Shown here in pieces: positions 41,304 through 54,897 of a DNA stretch of 64,000 bases (its first letter is position 1; each line of letters begins with the position of its first letter). The notes below the pieces were generated by a model. That model made no database searches and was not told the DNA's origin. It was given only the letters and a program-made list of their open reading frames with translations. Source of the DNA: the human T2T-CHM13v2.0 reference genome, Homo sapiens; the NCBI RefSeq assembly GCF_009914755.1, contig NC_060935.1; one strand, 5' to 3'. A program made the position numbers and the translations under genes.

Positions 41304-42348
41304 CTCTAAAATAAGGCTGACTTCCAAAATTCTGCTGATCTACCTGACAACTCCTCAGTTCTTGCAAACGGCTCAGTCCTTGCAATGCCCCACTAGACAG
41401 TCAGGGGAAAGGATAACAACCTTCCTGGGACATTCCAAGAGGACTCTTGGTGCCAACACTCTGCCATCCCCTGACAAGGAGCTTTGTCCCATGGAAGAGT
41501 CTCTAACACCTCTGGAAGTTTCTAAGTCCGGTACAGCAAAGCCAGAACTCAGAATACATCTCTCAGAAGACATGAAATAAGGAGCTTTTCCTGTGGGGCC
41601 AATGCAGTGACATGAGAAGCCGGTGTTGCTAGGATGTGCTGCTGTGGTGGTGAGTTTTGCAGGCTGTTGAGGACCTGAGGCCCCCCGTCCCCAAACACAC
41701 ACTGTGGGCCCTGATTCATCTCTTCTGGAAGCCTAGGACGGGAGGCTCCCCAGGGTTCTTTCACACGGACCCTCTCTGTGAAAGAGAGGCGTGTGCCTCT
41801 CCCCATAAGCCCCCACTCACCGTCAACTTCAAGACCTTTCTATGCATTTCCAGCGGACACTTGGAGGGTTTACGGGGTGCCCTGGCTCCTAGGCTGTGCA
41901 GGCTGTCATGTGACAGCTCCAGAAGTAATTATGAAGGCAGAACAGGCAGCAGGAGGACCATCAGTCAGCCCTAGACGGAGGTGCCTGTCCTGTGACCCAC
42001 CTAGGGGACTGTCAGAAATAGAAATAATTTTAATGAAAAGGCACAGTCCTCAGTCCTTCTAATGCTGACCAAGCAAAATGGAGGGGAGATTTTCATAAGA
42101 GGACAGGACTCTGCTTTTAGCAGCAAAGCAGCCCTGAGGGGTGGGAGTGGAGGAGATTTAGGGGAAAAAAAGTCCAGGTGTGTGTTTACAGTTCCTTTCT
42201 CCTTCTGCCTTTCTCTCGAGTGACAGCAGGGATAAGGACAGAGGTGCTTTATATCCTTGGAAGTCAAACAGGGAGCCATTTATCAGAAATGGGGCCAGCT
42301 TGCGACACAAATGGAAAAGCATAGAAATGTCATAAAAGTGTATCTTCC

Positions 42349-42483
42349 AGCTAGGTGCAGTGGCTTATGCCTTTAATCCCAGCACTTTGGGGAGGCCAAG
42401 GTGGAAGGATTGCTTGAACCCAGAACTTTGAGACCAGCCTGGGCAACATAGCAAGACCTTATCTCAAAAAAAAAAAAAAAAAA
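42349..42483 (+). mobile_element. FLAM (free left Alu monomer)
   Basis: Single Alu arm ending in poly(A); TSD AAAAG(TG/CA)TATCTT on both sides. Confidence 0.88.
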
Positions 42484-42594
42484 GCATATCTTTGGTGCTC
42501 TTCTGCTCCCTGTTTTTGCTCCTTCCATCCTTCCATAGAGCTCAAATTGTCTGTTTCTCCACTTGGCGCCCCTTCCCTTTCCTTGAGTAGCAAA

Positions 42595-42710
42595 ACCCAC
42601 TGACTGTGAACTTCTTCAGTCCAGGACTTTTCCTTGTTCTGGCATCCCCAGAACCAAGCACGATGCCGGCTTCCGGCTGCTGCTTTTAGTATTTGTTAAA
42701 GGAATGAACA
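42595..42710 (+). mobile_element. L2 3' end
   Basis: GACTGTGAACTTCTT...CATCCCCAGAACCAAGCACGATGCCGGC...TATTTGTTAAAGGAATGAA. Confidence 0.55.
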
Positions 42711-44525
42711 CCTCTTCTCAAAGCTCCCAATCATACCTCGATGTAGAGGACTGAAAACAGCTGAGAGCTTTGCCTCTTCTCCTGGGACATCAGTATTTTA
42801 AAAACAGATCAAAGCGACATGGAAGAAGTTCAATTACATTGAATGGTAGAGTTCCAGACAGCATTTGATCCTTTCCTTTGAGCAAAGGACCTTCTCTATC
42901 CCTAAAACCAAATCACAGAAGCCTGTGGCCTGTCAGGGCTGCTGGAAATGGGTGAGTGTAACCCTCTGCATTTGCAAAGAACGGCTGTCAATTTTAATGC
43001 ATTCATGGCCTTCTCCTGAAGGGGGAGGGGGAAAGCCTACTCTCTGTTCTGTGCTCCCTGAAATCATTCCATTTACATGCAGATTGGGAGCCTTCCTTCC
43101 TCTAAGTGGTCACAGAGAAGACTGAGCAAAGTTGAAATGATAATTTTCCTTAAGAAGAAAGAAAACAGTTTGGTTCATTTCCCCAGGGCACCAGCTGTCA
43201 TTTCTCTTTACTGTAGCACTCCTCTCTTTCTGTCCCCCCCACACCCCTTATGTGGCCTTTCTCATCCCCAGTCACCCCAGTTTTTGCATCGATAGGCTCC
43301 TTTAATTATGCAAATCTCCCAAGCTGCTAGTATCTTCCCAGTTTAAATGGAAAAAATCCAGCCCCAAGTCCTGCGGTTATCTCCCTCCTCCTATTATTTC
43401 TCCACCAGATCTGGGCCCTTTTATATTGAACCCGAGGAAAGATGAAAGGCCACATTGCTGGGAAATTAACAGGAGGGGGCCTAGTCATTAAAAAGAAGAC
43501 CTTTCCCAACTTTTGATTTTCAAGAGACATTTGAAAATCTCTCCGTTCTGAGCAGCTGACTAAGGCAAAGACAACCTCTCCCAGAACAAAGCCAGAGCTT
43601 GCTCTGGTGGCCTGAGAATCCGGGCCCTTGGGGCTCTGTTCCTGACTCTTTCATGATCTCGTCCTGGAGAAGGAACTGGCTGGTTTCTACTGTCTGTTCC
43701 TACAATATTTAGAAGCTAGTTGGGCAGTTTGGCCCCAAGTCTGCCAGGAAGTAATGAGGAAATGAGAATGGGGAAGCAAGCCAGGCTCTGGCTGAAACAT
43801 CCATCGACTTGCCTCTTCTACACGAAGCTCACTGAGGGTTACGATGTGAGAACTGGACAGGCGTCCAAGATAAGAGTCAGATTAAAGTCCCTTTTATATC
43901 TGTGCCTGCTGCCAAATGCTACCTATGGGAGGAAGATTGTTGGTTTCCCGGGAAATGCTAACAAAGGGCCTGCCCTGAAGCCCCTCCCAAAACAAAGTCC
44001 TTCGCCTTTATATCTCTCTCCTAAGTTGTAAGGCCCCTGACTCCCTCAGGAGGAAAGAGGTCAGGGATCTGAGAATGCACAAAAATAAACCCCTTCACAT
44101 TCTTATCTTCCTCCATCTCAGTGGTTTCAGACTCTTGCTTGAGAGCATGACACTGAAAACAGAAATAGCTTCCAGAAGACTTCAGATAAGTTCATGGATA
44201 ATAGAGCCAAAAATGATCACTAAAAGGGAAGTCAGAAAGATTCAGAGCTCCATCTTTAGACAGGTCAGTAGAAAAAATTCTGAAATGTGGGGGTCAGGAT
44301 GCTTGGATTCTAGTTCCAGTTTACCCATTGGTTGGTTTTATGATATTAAGAAGCTACTTTGCTTCTCTGGGTCTTAGTTTCTGCATCACTGAAATGAATG
44401 GTCTGGTCTATATGATTTTGTACCTGTCCAACACTGATATTCTCAGTCTGAAATGTGTGTGGGTGTGCAAGTGTCTGTGTACACAAAAACAGTGAATTGT
44501 TGTCCAATTCCCCCCTCCCCTCAAA

Positions 44526-44554
44526 CAAAAACAAAAACAAAAACAAAAACAAAA
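44526..44554. repeat. (CAAAAA)n microsatellite
   Basis: About 5 hexamer units. Confidence 0.9.
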
Positions 44555-45464
44555 CCAAGGCCTGAGTAACCTAGGGACTGGACAAGGGCTTGCTCTCTGC
44601 CTGTCTGATCTTTCTGCAAACCTCTTCTTTCTTTTCTTCTTCCTTTAGCTGGAAACCCAACCACCAGGTTTGTGAAACAAAAACAGGGGAATGAAGATGG
44701 TCTGAAATGCTTATTTAGACAGTGCCAACATATCAAAAGAACAGTTGACACAAATGGGTTATCTAGTTACCATAGATCTTATGAAGCTCATTCAAAGAAT
44801 GTAATGAAAAAAAATCAAATAATGAATCATTCAGGGAGATGCAGAGGATGGCTCCTATTCTTATTCTTTTGTTCTCCTTCGTATTTCAGAAGAGAAAAAT
44901 AGATAGGAAATTAGAGCAAGAAGTTGGGGGATATTTCAGAAAGCAAAAGGGGCAATGATGAGAAGGATGCAAAAAAGATCCAAGGTTAGGAGAAGAGCAG
45001 AAACAAAGACTAAGTACATCCAACAAAATAAAACGTTGATAAAAACAACACAGGTGAAGAGTTTTCTGGGGATGCATCTTTAAAACAATCATGGGAGGGG
45101 AAAAGAGAGGGAAAGAGAGGGTAGCGTGTTGGGTGGAAGGATGTATCAAGGTCCAGCTTTCCTGCTTCACTGTCTTGCTGAAGGCACAAAGACCTGAGCC
45201 CTGGGCTAGAGAAGGATGAGAGTGATTCAACAGGGCACCAGAGTGTTCCTAGGACCCTGCTGGAGCTGGGCACTCTGCTCTGTGCCACACCCTCAGCTCA
45301 GGGGCCAGTTCTGCCTCCACAGTCCTGAATTGACCTGTGCTGAATGCTTGATTCATCAAACCCCCACTTACCCAGACATTCCTTTTCCAAAGTGCTTTGC
45401 CTGACATCGGCAATGCCTTTCTTTTGGCTAACTCTGTTCTGGCATCAGTTTTTGTCTTCACAGC

Positions 45465-45680
45465 ATGCTGTGGTGGAAGGGGTCTGGGGCATGGATCAGA
45501 CCAATGTGCCCTTGACTCAAACCCCTACTGGCTGTTTGATTTTAGGCAAGGTAGTTTCTTCCTTGATAAAGTAAGGCTGATAATAATATTATCTACCCTG
45601 AAGGCTTGTGGTAAGGATTAAGTGAGATCACAAATGTGGAAGGATTTAATACAGAGAGGTACTCAGAAAACCTGGGTGGC
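45465..45680 (+). mobile_element. MIR
   Basis: TTTAGGCAAG...TAATAATATTATCTACC...GTGGTAAGGATTAAGTGAGAT. Confidence 0.6.
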
Positions 45681-46832
45681 CTTCTCTCCCCAAGCCAGAT
45701 CTAGCTACAGAGATGAGGAAGTAGCAAGAAGCCCTAGAAAGATAAGAAATGTGTCTAAATATGGTGGCATCCGGAGCTCCCCATTCTGGTCACCAGTGTG
45801 CTAATGGCTTTCCATAGGATTTGGATCCATAATCTCTGAGTGCATCTGATTATGTGTGTGTGATATGAGAAGATTAAAGGCAACTTCCCTCAAGTAGCGG
45901 GAGGTTTCTTGATGAAAGTTTTAAAGCTCTGTGAGCCCTCGGGTATATCTGCTGTCATAAAAAAGAAGTTATTTCCCAGGAGAGTGAGAAGAACTATCCC
46001 AAAGTTGCAGTGGTCCCTATCCTCCCTGGAGCCCAGGCATCAGGGACAAACACCACTGCTCACAGAATGCAGAGCCCAGTCAGCAACCATCCTCCCCTTC
46101 CAAAGGCTGTCACTACATGTTTTCACTCTCTTCGTCAGAGGTGACAGGCTGGAGCAGGAGAGAGAGAGAGGCATAGGCAGATATTATAGCATTTCTTACT
46201 TTCATCTTTCACCCTTTTCCAGGTAGGAGTCAGTACATTGATAACTTCCAAAGAAGTGTTAGGTTAGAAAGATGTATCCTGCGTGTATCTCCTGTAGGGA
46301 TCTCCTGGGTCTGACCTGGGCTCAGAAGAAACCAGATAAGGAAGCCAAAGAAGGGCAGAAGCCCAGCATTTGTCCTGGGTCTCTTTCCTTCCACAGCAGA
46401 TGAATCCTTTCCCCTGGGAGGTGGTAGGAAAGAAAAAGTTCATGTAGAACACAAAACTTAGCAGTGCATTTTATGGGATGTCTTATATTGTTTGCTTTAC
46501 TTTTGTTCTCTTTTTTTAAAGTGTGGATTATTTATTGTCCTCAGATAAATTGTAAACATATCAAAACTCATGTTCTATAGTCAGCCTGATTCACTGCTAC
46601 TTGATGATTACTTCTCATGGTGGGAATGTGCATTTTATCTTTTCTCTCCTCCTTTCAAAATCTGCATAGAACTCATTTTCTTCCACCAGTAAAACTTCCT
46701 CAAATAATTTTGAATGGCTACGATTCCTCCATATTGTTCCATCTCCTTAGCACATCTAAATGTAAATGTAAATGTAAATTTTTATGCTGTAATAATGAAT
46801 TCTATTAATACGTATCATATATGGGTATTTTT

Positions 46833-46940
46833 TATATGTATACATATATGTGTGTGTGTATACATATATATGTATATGTATATACACACACACACACATA
46901 TATGTGTGTTATATGTGTGTATACATATATATGTATGTAT
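46833..46940. repeat. Compound (TA)/(TG)/(CA) alternating tract
   Basis: Alternating purine-pyrimidine run with internal inverted symmetry. Confidence 0.9.
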
Positions 46941-47538
46941 TCCTTATATGCACTGATACCTGATTGGATTGTACGTGCTTGCCTGTCCATTAAACCATAC
47001 ATAGAGCCATTCCTAGCAGGATATGAGAGGCTTAGGAAATTACCCCATGATTTTTTTTACAGGTAAAATCTGATTGAACAACAGCAGCTGCCTTCATCAA
47101 GGGAGCCTGGAGAGCAAACAGCGGAAAAACAGTCATCTGGCAACATGTTGCAGGAAAAAGACATTACAAAAGAATAACAAGCTTGAGGTATGCCAGGAGG
47201 GACGGGGTTGCTGCCACAGCTTGTAGCCTACTTGCTAGTTGACCCTTCCTCTTCTCTATGAGGAAGTGCCGTGGGAGCCAGAATGTGCCAAGCCCTGCCC
47301 ATTACTCACGTTGGCTTTTCTGGGATGGATTTGATAATAAGTTATTTGTGATAAGGAATGGCAGCCACTAGGGCCTGAGAATGTAAGCACACACCAAGTA
47401 TTGCCTGTAGACGGTAAACCGGAAAACACAACTACTTTTCTGCACAATTTATAGATTTCTTTGGCTATTTCTAGATTTTTTTTTTTTTGCTTATATTTGA
47501 AAATAATTGTGGGAATTATTTAGTAAGTAAAAAAGTAA

Positions 47539-48080
<542 letters not shown>

Positions 48081-48969
48081 GGTATTAATATTTTCCCACT
48101 GTACATTACCCACAGTATCCAGCAATGGTATTGATGACCTACCATCACGCTAACATATTAATGATAATAACAAATGCAAACATCACTGGCATTAAAACCG
48201 TGGTCCACCCTGAGTCCTTGACCTTGCCCTCATTGTGTTGTTGTCCCCCTGATTTCTCTACAAGCTTTCTACGTGCTCCTGCATCCCTCTAGCTACCTTC
48301 TGTGAAACTGAACCTGGCCTGGTCTTAAGAGCGAAGACCTGAACCCTGGAGCCACTTGAGGAGCCAGAACGAGGGGTCCCCATATCCTTCTTAGACCTTG
48401 TTTATTCTTTCCATGACACCTACTCATTCACATATTGTGGAATTTCCTCATTGTCTCTCTTTCATTTAAAAGTCATATATAACATGAATCAAAATAAGAA
48501 AACAGGGACAGTCAATAACAAACTGTGTGGAGAACAAGGGACATGTGAGAGCACTCTGGTTCTCCAGGCTATCCGACTGGCAATGCTGCTTAAGTCCTAT
48601 CTTGTACCCACTGCAGTGAGTAAATTGGATTGCTGAGCAAGAAAAAAAATGACATATTTCCCTTGTAGTGGAAGAACCTAAAAGGCTTTTTTCCGATTTT
48701 CAGATTCAGGTCACACAGCCCAAAACTCTTCTTATCTGCTTTCATTATATATATATTTAACATCTTATGATGAGGTTTGATCTTCTTTAAGGCTTTGATT
48801 AAATAGTCTTTGCACTTCCTGATGTGCAAGTTCATGATTTTCTATCAGAAGATGCCTTGATACCTCATATGGACTTTAGAATGAAAATGTTATTTTCACC
48901 CTCAAGCCATAATGGGTTTTTCATCATCGACATTATTATTATTATTATTATTTTATTTTTTGACAGAGA

Positions 48970-49225
48970 GACAGGGCGGAACGCCTCTCCCCGCCTAGCT
49001 GGGCCCTGTGGGCTCCCCTCCGCAACCCTAAGGCGGGAGGCCGAGGGCAGCGGGGAGTCGCGCTTCACCTTCGCCCCTCATTTGACCCATGGACTCATTA
49101 ATGGAAGAACCGAGGCAAGCAAGTTCACGGGAAGAAATGCGCCCTCCCAACTGGAGGCCACCAGCTGCCCACTCGGGAACACCTCAGCGTGCCAACTGCA
49201 TCTCTGCGGGGTCGCCAGCCATTTC
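48970..49225. promoter_or_regulatory. Small non-repeat CpG island (candidate promoter/enhancer)
   Basis: About 17 CpGs in ~250 bp in an otherwise CpG-depleted window; GC boxes GGGCGG and CCCCGCC. Confidence 0.55.
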
Positions 49226-51474
49226 TAGGACATATGTTTGTCCTTGTGGTATTTGGGCTGGAGGACTCCAACAGAGATCAAGTGTGGAGAGCAGTTCCAC
49301 AGTCTCAAAAGAAAACCGCGGAAGTCTTGCTCTCATAGAAGTCATGACAGCAGTCCTATGACAGCAGTCCTTTGAAGAAGCCCATACATAACAAATGTAT
49401 TTGTGGCATTAACAAAAAAGGACCACAACAGTCTTCTACTGAGGCGTGGCAGTGGGATTTCAGCAGCAATTTCCGCCTATACGCCAACTCTCACACATGG
49501 AGATATGTTGCCCTATTTTCTTCTCTAATTGCCTTACATATGTATATTGCTTTATTTCCCAACCTGAGAGTGTTAGATCCTCAAGAAGAAAAACTGTATC
49601 TCCCATTTTCCCGGTATGTCAATTTCACTCAGAACAATTTGATGCACACAGTTGGGATTTAATCCATATTTGCCAGTGAGATCTTAGAGTATCAAGAAAA
49701 ACGATTCCCTCAATTCCGTGAATTTCTCTGAGGTTTGCATGGATACACTTCCATTGTTGACATTCAATGCATGTGAAATAGGCATCAGAGCTTTTTACCT
49801 GCCTCACTGGGGACTGGGAGGCTGCATGAGCTAATGTCTAGGAAGAACTCAGCACAGTTACACACACACACATGCACACACGGGTGGTGGGAGGCTTATT
49901 CCCACCTCTCAGGCTTGCTAAAATGGAAGTTTCACAAGCTTCCTGGCACTTTCTCCTGGAAATTGTGTGAGAATGTGCTCCTTGCCCTTCTTTCAGTTTT
50001 TAGCTCCCAATTCTAGTGTCCAAAGTCAGAAAGTGGGGGTCAGAAATAATGAAGAGAAGGTTAACCAGAGTTCATTGGATCTCAGATAATTAAGAGACCC
50101 AAGTACAAGGAATTATTCATCTCTCTGGTCTCCATCAAATGCCGGGCTATGTGTTTTTCTGTAAGCCTTCCACTATAATTGGCTAAGCAGGGATAGCTCT
50201 GTTCTTAACCTGCAACAACTGCCCCCAAAACAGAGGCTGATTCAGTTGTGGTAATGGGAGGAAGCTAATGGCCAAGCAAATCTGCTCCTCTGACAGCCAT
50301 GGGCTCTCTGGACATATGTCTTGAGGCCTGAACCTTATCTCTCATCTTCAAACACAGGCTCACATTTGGGTGACTCACCTAAACCTTGCAGCTTGATTTT
50401 CCAAACCGTGAGTGTGTCTGATCAATGATGGGGTCACTGGGAGACACATACCTGATTGATCGATCAGGTTACTTGTTTTTCCACATTTTTTCTGACTTGG
50501 ATTTCAGACCTGACTTGGCATTTGAAGAAGGTCAAGAGCGTAGGTTTGCCAACTCACATGCTTGTAAAGCACATATCATTCAGCATAATGACAGCCCCTG
50601 AGATAGTTCAATTCCACCTCCCAGTGTGTGTTGTGTGTGCTTGCAGGAGCACATGTGATTGATTGATTGCTGGTTTTGAAGCTATACAATGCTATGGCCT
50701 TTTATCCTGGCCTATGTTTCATAGCACATTCCAGCTGTTCAGAGCCACAACTTGAAAAGATGTGCTGATTGAAATGCTAACTGTACACTAGACATGCAGT
50801 CAGCCCCGTACAATTAACAAAGAAAAGGGCCCCTCCCTGCTTTTCCCACTGTTCTTATTTTTCCCAAAACTATTTCTTTCCTTCCAGAGAAAAGGGGAAT
50901 GTGCAGAGAAGCAATTAGTTATAATTATATATGTGCTGGAGTATAGGAGAACTAGTCAAAAAGAATTTTCAAGTCCCAAAATTGTCTAATAAAAACTACC
51001 CAACAACATCATAATTTTTGGAGGAAGTTAAATTTTTATAGAGTTTGGTGATAAGAAAAATTTGCTAAAAGAGAGTGCTCTTAATCATTACACTGTCACT
51101 TTGCAAAGCAATTGTGGAATTAGGAATAATTACACTCTAAAGAAGGAAAACTAAACAATCTGCCTTATGATCTTTTAAAATAGAATTATGATTCGGGTTT
51201 TCTCCATAAATCGAAAAGAAGAAAGGCATGAACTTGTGGGTGAGGTAATAACCTGGGGTCTTGGAAACCTAGGTTTAAAGCTTTAAGTACTCAATGCTGG
51301 GACTTGACCTACTCAGCAATGGGTAGCTATACTTGAGATAATAGGCAGGATTTTATGTGCAGCAATGTAGAGGATGCAGGGGCCCAGGATGGGCTGCCAG
51401 GTCTTCCAGAGAGTGCTAAGGTATCCACCAAGGATCATGAATGTGAACAAGATAATGAATCACTGTCTACTTAC

Positions 51475-51588
51475 TCTTTTGGAAAAGCTTCCATATCTCT
51501 GCCAATTGAATCACACTATAACCAGTCCCAGGCAATTCAGGATGACAAGTTCCACTTCGAACAGTTCTGGGAGTCATTCTGAGGGTCC
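51475..51588 (-). other. Candidate internal exon (114 nt), probably lncRNA
   Basis: Minus-strand acceptor TTTTTATGTCTATACACAG|GG and donor AGA|GTAAGT flanking unique sequence. Confidence 0.35.
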
Positions 51589-53564
51589 CTGTGTATAGAC
51601 ATAAAAAGTTCCATTTGTTCTTACACAGTGAAAATGACAGAACAAATATTATGGGGATTATGCCTGGGGAAAAAAAATCTGTCTCTGGATATTCCTGACA
51701 CTATGGAGAGAAAATCAGCAAAATTTAGAATCTTGGATCTCTTCCACTCACACTAGGATGTTGTTTCTAGAAATCTCCCTGAAGTATGGTACTGACTCTT
51801 GGTGGTAAAAGTGGAGAGGCTTAGAACTGAAATCTGGTCAGTAGAAGACTGAGGGTTAAAAGTGGATGGTCAACCCATTGAATTAAGGCCTAGCAGGAAA
51901 TAGAGAGACAAAAATACAGGCATTAAGGGAATAATAGCTGAATAGTAATAATAATACATTATGTCAACAGCGGTGACAAAGGAAACACTCAATGTATTTA
52001 TAGAGCTAAATAAACGGCAGATCTAGGTCCTACATTTTGACTCTGAACAACCTTCTCGGTTGGATTTTGCTTCTGCCTAAGGATTATTTTGGAAAGAGCT
52101 ATTATTATCCGTGATTTATCACGCTGCACTGGGGGGAACTCATACTTTCCACGGAGACAATTACTGAATTCTCACTGGAGGCGCTTAAAGGAGCCAGGAC
52201 CTGTTCTGAGGGTTCAGGTGGGAAAGGTGTGCCAGCAGGGGACTGCAGCCTGGCACCATGGGACGTGTGTGCTGTTGACCACTTCTGTGCCCAGATGCCT
52301 CAGGCGCTTTCTCATTAGATGCACCCTTCAATCTCCTGGTTATTGAAACAGGACTGGGGAGAGGAGTTCACATTTATGGTGAGCCCATGCAAGAAGACCC
52401 TCTGACAGGTGCCTGTCACCCCTGAGGAGTCACTGGTTGCAGCCCGTTCTGAAGTGTCATTGAGATAGAAACCAAGTCAAAGCCGTGGCCTAGAAAGAGA
52501 GTCTGGGCAGAATTCTGCAAGCAGATTCTTTATTTGAGTAAGTATTCCTTGAAGAAGCCCAGTTGTGCAGCTGTGTTTGGGTGGAGGTCATCAGAGGTTT
52601 AGAAAAAGAGAGAAGTCATGGTTAATATTAGAAAAGAACTCTGAGAATCTGGAGGAAGGAAAATGCATTACTAGTTCTAAGCAACAACTGTGGAAATAAA
52701 CAATGATAAATACCGTATTAAATCTAAAGAGTTACGTTAATAGATAATAACAAGTAGGAGAGCTAATAGCTAGCCATTAATACAGGCCAATTTATTATTT
52801 AAAACATTTATTAAGATTTAACAATAGTCAAATAATTTTTTTGTGAAACAGTTATTAAACTGAATCTCTGCATACATTAATCAACTGATATTTATCATTC
52901 AGAATGTATCTCATTATATCCAAAAGGGTGTGTGTATAGGCTTCAAAAACAAACTGGAAGATTTAAAATGAACTGTAGTTCATTTTTGCAAAGTGTAGAT
53001 GTGTAAAGATTATTATGTTTGCCAGCTGGGTAGCCAGACAGTGAAGTGGACTTGTCTAATTAGGAACAATCGCTGATAAATCAATTCTTTCCTTTTATAG
53101 GACAATTACAGTTTGTGTGTATATGTGATTGTGTTTTAAATTCTAATTCGATTTTGTGCATTGTTCTGTAACCAAGTTAATTCTTTGAAGCCTTTTTAAA
53201 TGGTACAAATTTTCCATAAAATATAAATAGGTTTATTGCTGTTTTATCAGTCACGCAAATAATCCAAGATCCATCTATTCACATAATTCAGGCATTAACT
53301 GTGTATAATTACTCACATGAAGTCTTCAGTCTGGTTTACTATACGGAACCCCAAATATGACTTTAAATTGCTCGCCTCCTCTTTTCCTCTGTTATTTCTC
53401 TCCCTCTCTTTCCATCTTTGCCTATTAAAATTCTTCCTAGTCTTTAAGCGCAGCTCAAAGATCACTTCCCTGGTTTCTCTCATTTAGAAGGGATCTTTCT
53501 AACACTTGCTTCTCCACTTTTATCTCTCATTGCATCTAGCACAGTGCTTTGCACTGGGACATAA

Positions 53565-53934
<370 letters not shown>

Positions 53935-54104
53935 TAAATGAATTTCCTGAGGACAGAAGTGCCTAGTCTCCCTGTTCTGGCTGACACCACAGCTCCTGGA
54001 ATAGACACGTGGAAAGAAGATGGACACTGAAGGAAACTCAAATCCACGTGTGGCCAAATGAACTCAGGGGAGTGCAATTTACTTACAAGGAGAGGGAGGA
54101 CGTA

Positions 54105-54897
54105 CAGCAGGTCCTAGAATAACGTTGTTTCTTTCAATATGCCTTTGTTATAATGTTGAAATCCATCCTGTGTGGAGTTGGCACATTCTCCCCATGTCTG
54201 CAAGGGTTTTCTCTGGGTAGGTCGGCTTCCTCCCACATCCCAGAGATGTGCCTGATAGCCTCACTGGCATGTCTACACGGTCTCAGCACATGCATGTGTG
54301 TGTGTACATGGGCACCCCGCCATGGGAGAACATTCTGTCCAGGGCTGGCTCCTACCTGGTGCCTTGGACTGGACTAGGAGGGTTGGGAAATGAATGAATG
54401 AATGAATGAATACAATGATTATAAAATAAAAATTTATAAATTCTATGATAGTAATACAAATACACAACAATAAAACGACGCTGTATAAAAGTGCTCAGGG
54501 AGCCCACCATGTTTCTGATCGTTTTTGAACTGCATGATGGTAGGAGGTTCTCTGACAATTTCCGCTTTGCAAACATTTGTTCCTGGATTTAACTCACCAC
54601 CACTATGACTGCTGACACTCCCTGGTTCACCAAAAGGTGGGTAAATACGTATCTTACTTGTTTGTACTAATCTTTCTGAAATGCATAGATCACATGTATT
54701 TCAATGTTTACTATTAGAAGTGTTTTGGGTCTTTATTTAGAAGTTTGGTGATGTTTCTGTGACTAGAAATATGCCGTAGGAACTTTGCTCTTGTTTATAT
54801 CAATTGGCCTACAGTAAAATTGGTTTTGTTAGATGGTGTTTTGCCTAAAGTTGTAGTTTCTGAGAACTTATCGACAAAGTTAAGTGAGGAATTGCTG
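54105..54897 (+). mobile_element. MER6 (TcMar-Tigger) DNA transposon
   Basis: TA TSDs (54103-04, 54898-99); imperfect TIRs CAGCAGGTCCTAGAATAACGTTGT / ACAAAGTTAAGTGAGGAATTGCTG; internal TGTGTGGAGTTGGCACATTCTCCCCATGTCTGC segment. Confidence 0.85.

Noticed and set aside
48824-49228. 134-aa ORF across the CpG island
   Set aside because: It contains a poly-Ile run from (ATT)n and stays open through GC-rich sequence; no protein similarity recognised.
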